Made by a program: the position numbers and the translations under genes. Shown piece by piece: positions 62,052 to 64,000 of a stretch of 64,000 nt of DNA. Origin of the DNA: Verrucomicrobiota bacterium (GTDB taxonomy: Bacteria; Verrucomicrobiota; Verrucomicrobiia; Limisphaerales; JACDHS01); assembly GCA_013820875.1 (NCBI GenBank), contig JACDHS010000006.1:17865-81864 (forward strand), in the 5' to 3' direction. Numbering within the stretch: the first letter of the stretch is position 1; each line of letters starts with the position of its first letter. The notes under the pieces were generated by a model. It was not told where the DNA came from and ran no database searches. It saw only the letters and a list, made by a program, of their open reading frames with translations.

Positions 62052-64000
62052 TGTCGTCCCCAAATCAGAAACAGGAGCAGCACGAAGAGCGCTGCGCCAA
62101 TGGTTCGCAGATAATTTTGCAACTGCCCGTTTCGAAGCCGGGACAGCCATCCGGCGGATTCGCGCAAGCCTTCGCAGCCCTGGTCAAAACCGCCGTTTAC
62201 AACCGTGTTATCGATCGTGAGATTGAGACGTGAAAACAAGTTAGTGCATCCGCCGACCAATTGAACCATGCCACCCCATAAGACCCGGTCGAGCCAGTCT
62301 GAAGTGACGGCAAGCAAGGTGGTCAATCGAATCACCGTTGCCGCATAAAGTTCATCAATAAAAAGCCTTCCACGGAGCCATCCGAAAACGACGGGCGAAA
62401 GTTTCTCCAGCGGATCCAGTTCGATGGAAGGCTTTGCGGCAGCTTTGGCATACACCCACCAACCGAGTCCAATACCACCACAGGCAATCAATGCAGAAAG
62501 AACCATCATTCCAAGCGCGCCGCCTGCAAGGAGTTTTCCAAAATTGAACTCGACTGGATGACCGGTCAGCCAGCCACTGAACCATGGCCACGCCGGAGTG
62601 CCGAGAAATCCCAGGATCACCGCAAACACCGCCAGGATCGTGAGCGGTACCGTCATCGTCCGCGGACTTTCATGCGGCGCATGATGTTTATCGCCGCGGT
62701 GCATGCCGAAGAAGACGTAACAAACCTGGCGCGTCATATAGAAGGCGGTGAGAAATGCGCCAATGATTGCGAGGTAAAACGGAATGTGAGAACCAGGCCA
62801 GGCATGAGCAGCGTGAAGTATTTCGTCCTTACTCCAGAACCCCGCGAAGAACGGCACACCGCAGAGCGCCAACATCCCAATGGCGTAAGTCGCGAATGTT
62901 ACCGGCATGAACTTCCTGAGGCCACCCATCTTTCTGATGTCCTGCTCTTCGTGGCAACCGTGAATGACCGATCCGGCACCGAGGAAGAGCAGCGCTTTGA
63001 AAAAGGCATGCGTGATCAAGTGAAACATGGCGACTGCTACACCGCCAACCCCAAGGCCGATCATCATGAACCCGAGTTGTGAAACGGTGGAATAGGCGAG
63101 AATGCGCTTTAAATCGTTTTGCCCCACGGCGATGAGCGCGGCAAATACCGCCGTGATCGCTCCGACGAACGTTATGACCTGCGCTGCGGTTGTTGGCAAA
63201 CTGAGGTCGCCAGCCTGCGCGGTAACGAGTGGATAAACTCGCGCCATCAAAAAGACACCCGCAGCAACCATCGTCGCAGCGTGGATGAGGGCACTGACAG
63301 GCGTGGGGCCTTCCATCGCATCCGGCAGCCAGACATGCAATGGCACCTGGCCGGATTTACCGACTGCGCCGCAGAAGATCAAAAGTGCAATCACCGTGGA
63401 GAGCGCCATTCCCGCGAAAGCTGTCTGCGCCACCAGTTGCGTGAGGGCGGAACTTTCGAGGCAGCCATTGCCGCCATCATAGAACAACAGCGTTCCAGTC
63501 TTCCCATAGAGCCACAGCATTCCGAGGAACAGGCCGATGTCCCCGATACGAGTGGTAATGAACGCTTTCTTCGCCGCCGCCGCCGCGCTCGGCTTTTGGA
63601 ACCAAAAACCAATCAACAGGTAGGAAGCTAATCCGACGAGTTCCCAGCAGATAAAGAGCAGGAGCAAACTGTTACTGATGAGCAGGCCGAGCATCGCCGC
63701 CGCAAACAGCGAGAGAAAACAAAAGAACTGTTTGAAGTTCTCATCGTGTGCCATGTAACCCGCGCTGTAGATGAAGATCAGCAACCCCACGAATGTGACC
63801 ATCACCAGCATCACGGCAGTCAGGGGATCGAGAATGAAACCAAGGCGAAGCGATCCTTCCCCAAGTTGAAACCAGTTAAAATTGAACACCTGCCGAAAAA
63901 CTTCTCCTTGAGCGGGAGCGTTGAGGCTCGCCGCAAATGCGGCGCATGAAATCAAGAACGCCAATGCCATGGAACCAATGGCCAGCGTGGCTGCGAGCTT
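62048..64000 (-). CDS. nuoL: NADH-quinone oxidoreductase subunit L, partial (5' end beyond window)
   Basis: The frame stays open through 64000 (..KLAATLAIGSMALAFL..). It has WLPDAMEGPTPVSALIHAATMV and a long C-terminal amphipathic segment before the last TM. Confidence 0.9.
   Translation of the reverse strand, partial: KLAATLAIGSMALAFLISCAAFAASLNAPAQGEVFRQVFNFNWFQLGEGSLRLGFILDPLTAVMLVMVTFVGLLIFIYSAGYMAHDENFKQFFCFLSLFAAAMLGLLISNSLLLLFICWELVGLASYLLIGFWFQKPSAAAAAKKAFITTRIGDIGLFLGMLWLYGKTGTLLFYDGGNGCLESSALTQLVAQTAFAGMALSTVIALLIFCGAVGKSGQVPLHVWLPDAMEGPTPVSALIHAATMVAAGVFLMARVYPLVTAQAGDLSLPTTAAQVITFVGAITAVFAALIAVGQNDLKRILAYSTVSQLGFMMIGLGVGGVAVAMFHLITHAFFKALLFLGAGSVIHGCHEEQDIRKMGGLRKFMPVTFATYAIGMLALCGVPFFAGFWSKDEILHAAHAWPGSHIPFYLAIIGAFLTAFYMTRQVCYVFFGMHRGDKHHAPHESPRTMTVPLTILAVFAVILGFLGTPAWPWFSGWLTGHPVEFNFGKLLAGGALGMMVLSALIACGGIGLGWWVYAKAAAKPSIELDPLEKLSPVVFGWLRGRLFIDELYAATVIRLTTLLAVTSDWLDRVLWGGMVQLVGGCTNLFSRLNLTIDNTVVNGGFDQGCEGLRESAGWLSRLRNGQLQNYLRTIGAALFVLLLFLIWGRQ

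Overview
This 64-kb chromosomal window holds about 60 supportable protein genes. I found no rRNA, tRNA or CRISPR array by eye. A prepilin-type H-X9-DG protein and the style of the small repeats suggest a PVC-superphylum (Verrucomicrobiota-like) organism; this is inference only. Housekeeping blocks are: a DEAD-box helicase; an ECF sigma operon with two DGPF/YciI genes; HU; purE-purK; the str/S10 cluster rpsL-rpsG-fusA-rpsJ-rplC-rplD-rplW (minus strand, ending at a terminator after rplW); argH; a sugar ABC transporter; and the distal complex I genes nuoL-nuoM-nuoM-nuoN (nuoL runs off the window end). Two regions stand out. (1) 22.2-28.3 kb is a co-oriented array of about 8 small gene cassettes. 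Each is preceded by a GTTRRRY-like core, and most are separated by imperfect palindromes bounded by GGCTAAC...GTTAGCC-type inverse cores. This is integron attC architecture, but no integrase is visible (CALIN-like). Cargo includes an SMI1/KNR4 (SUKH) immunity-type gene and a GNAT, and a separate 3-copy structured element supplies the stop codon and last codons of two unrelated ORFs. (2) 7.3-14.1 kb is a tightly coupled operon: membrane-anchored FNR-like flavo-[2Fe-2S] reductase, 2x cNMP-binding/4x[4Fe-4S] fusion, a membrane protein with two His-X13-His helices, and a decaheme cytochrome c. A tetraheme cytochrome is encoded divergently. I read this as an uncharacterised, possibly cyclic-nucleotide-gated, transmembrane electron conduit. 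The window also contains two unrelated 41-bp-period tandem hairpin arrays, a cluster of nested palindromes with about 41-bp phasing, and three loci of short-unit repeat hairpins. All family names come from motif recognition by eye; no database search was run.
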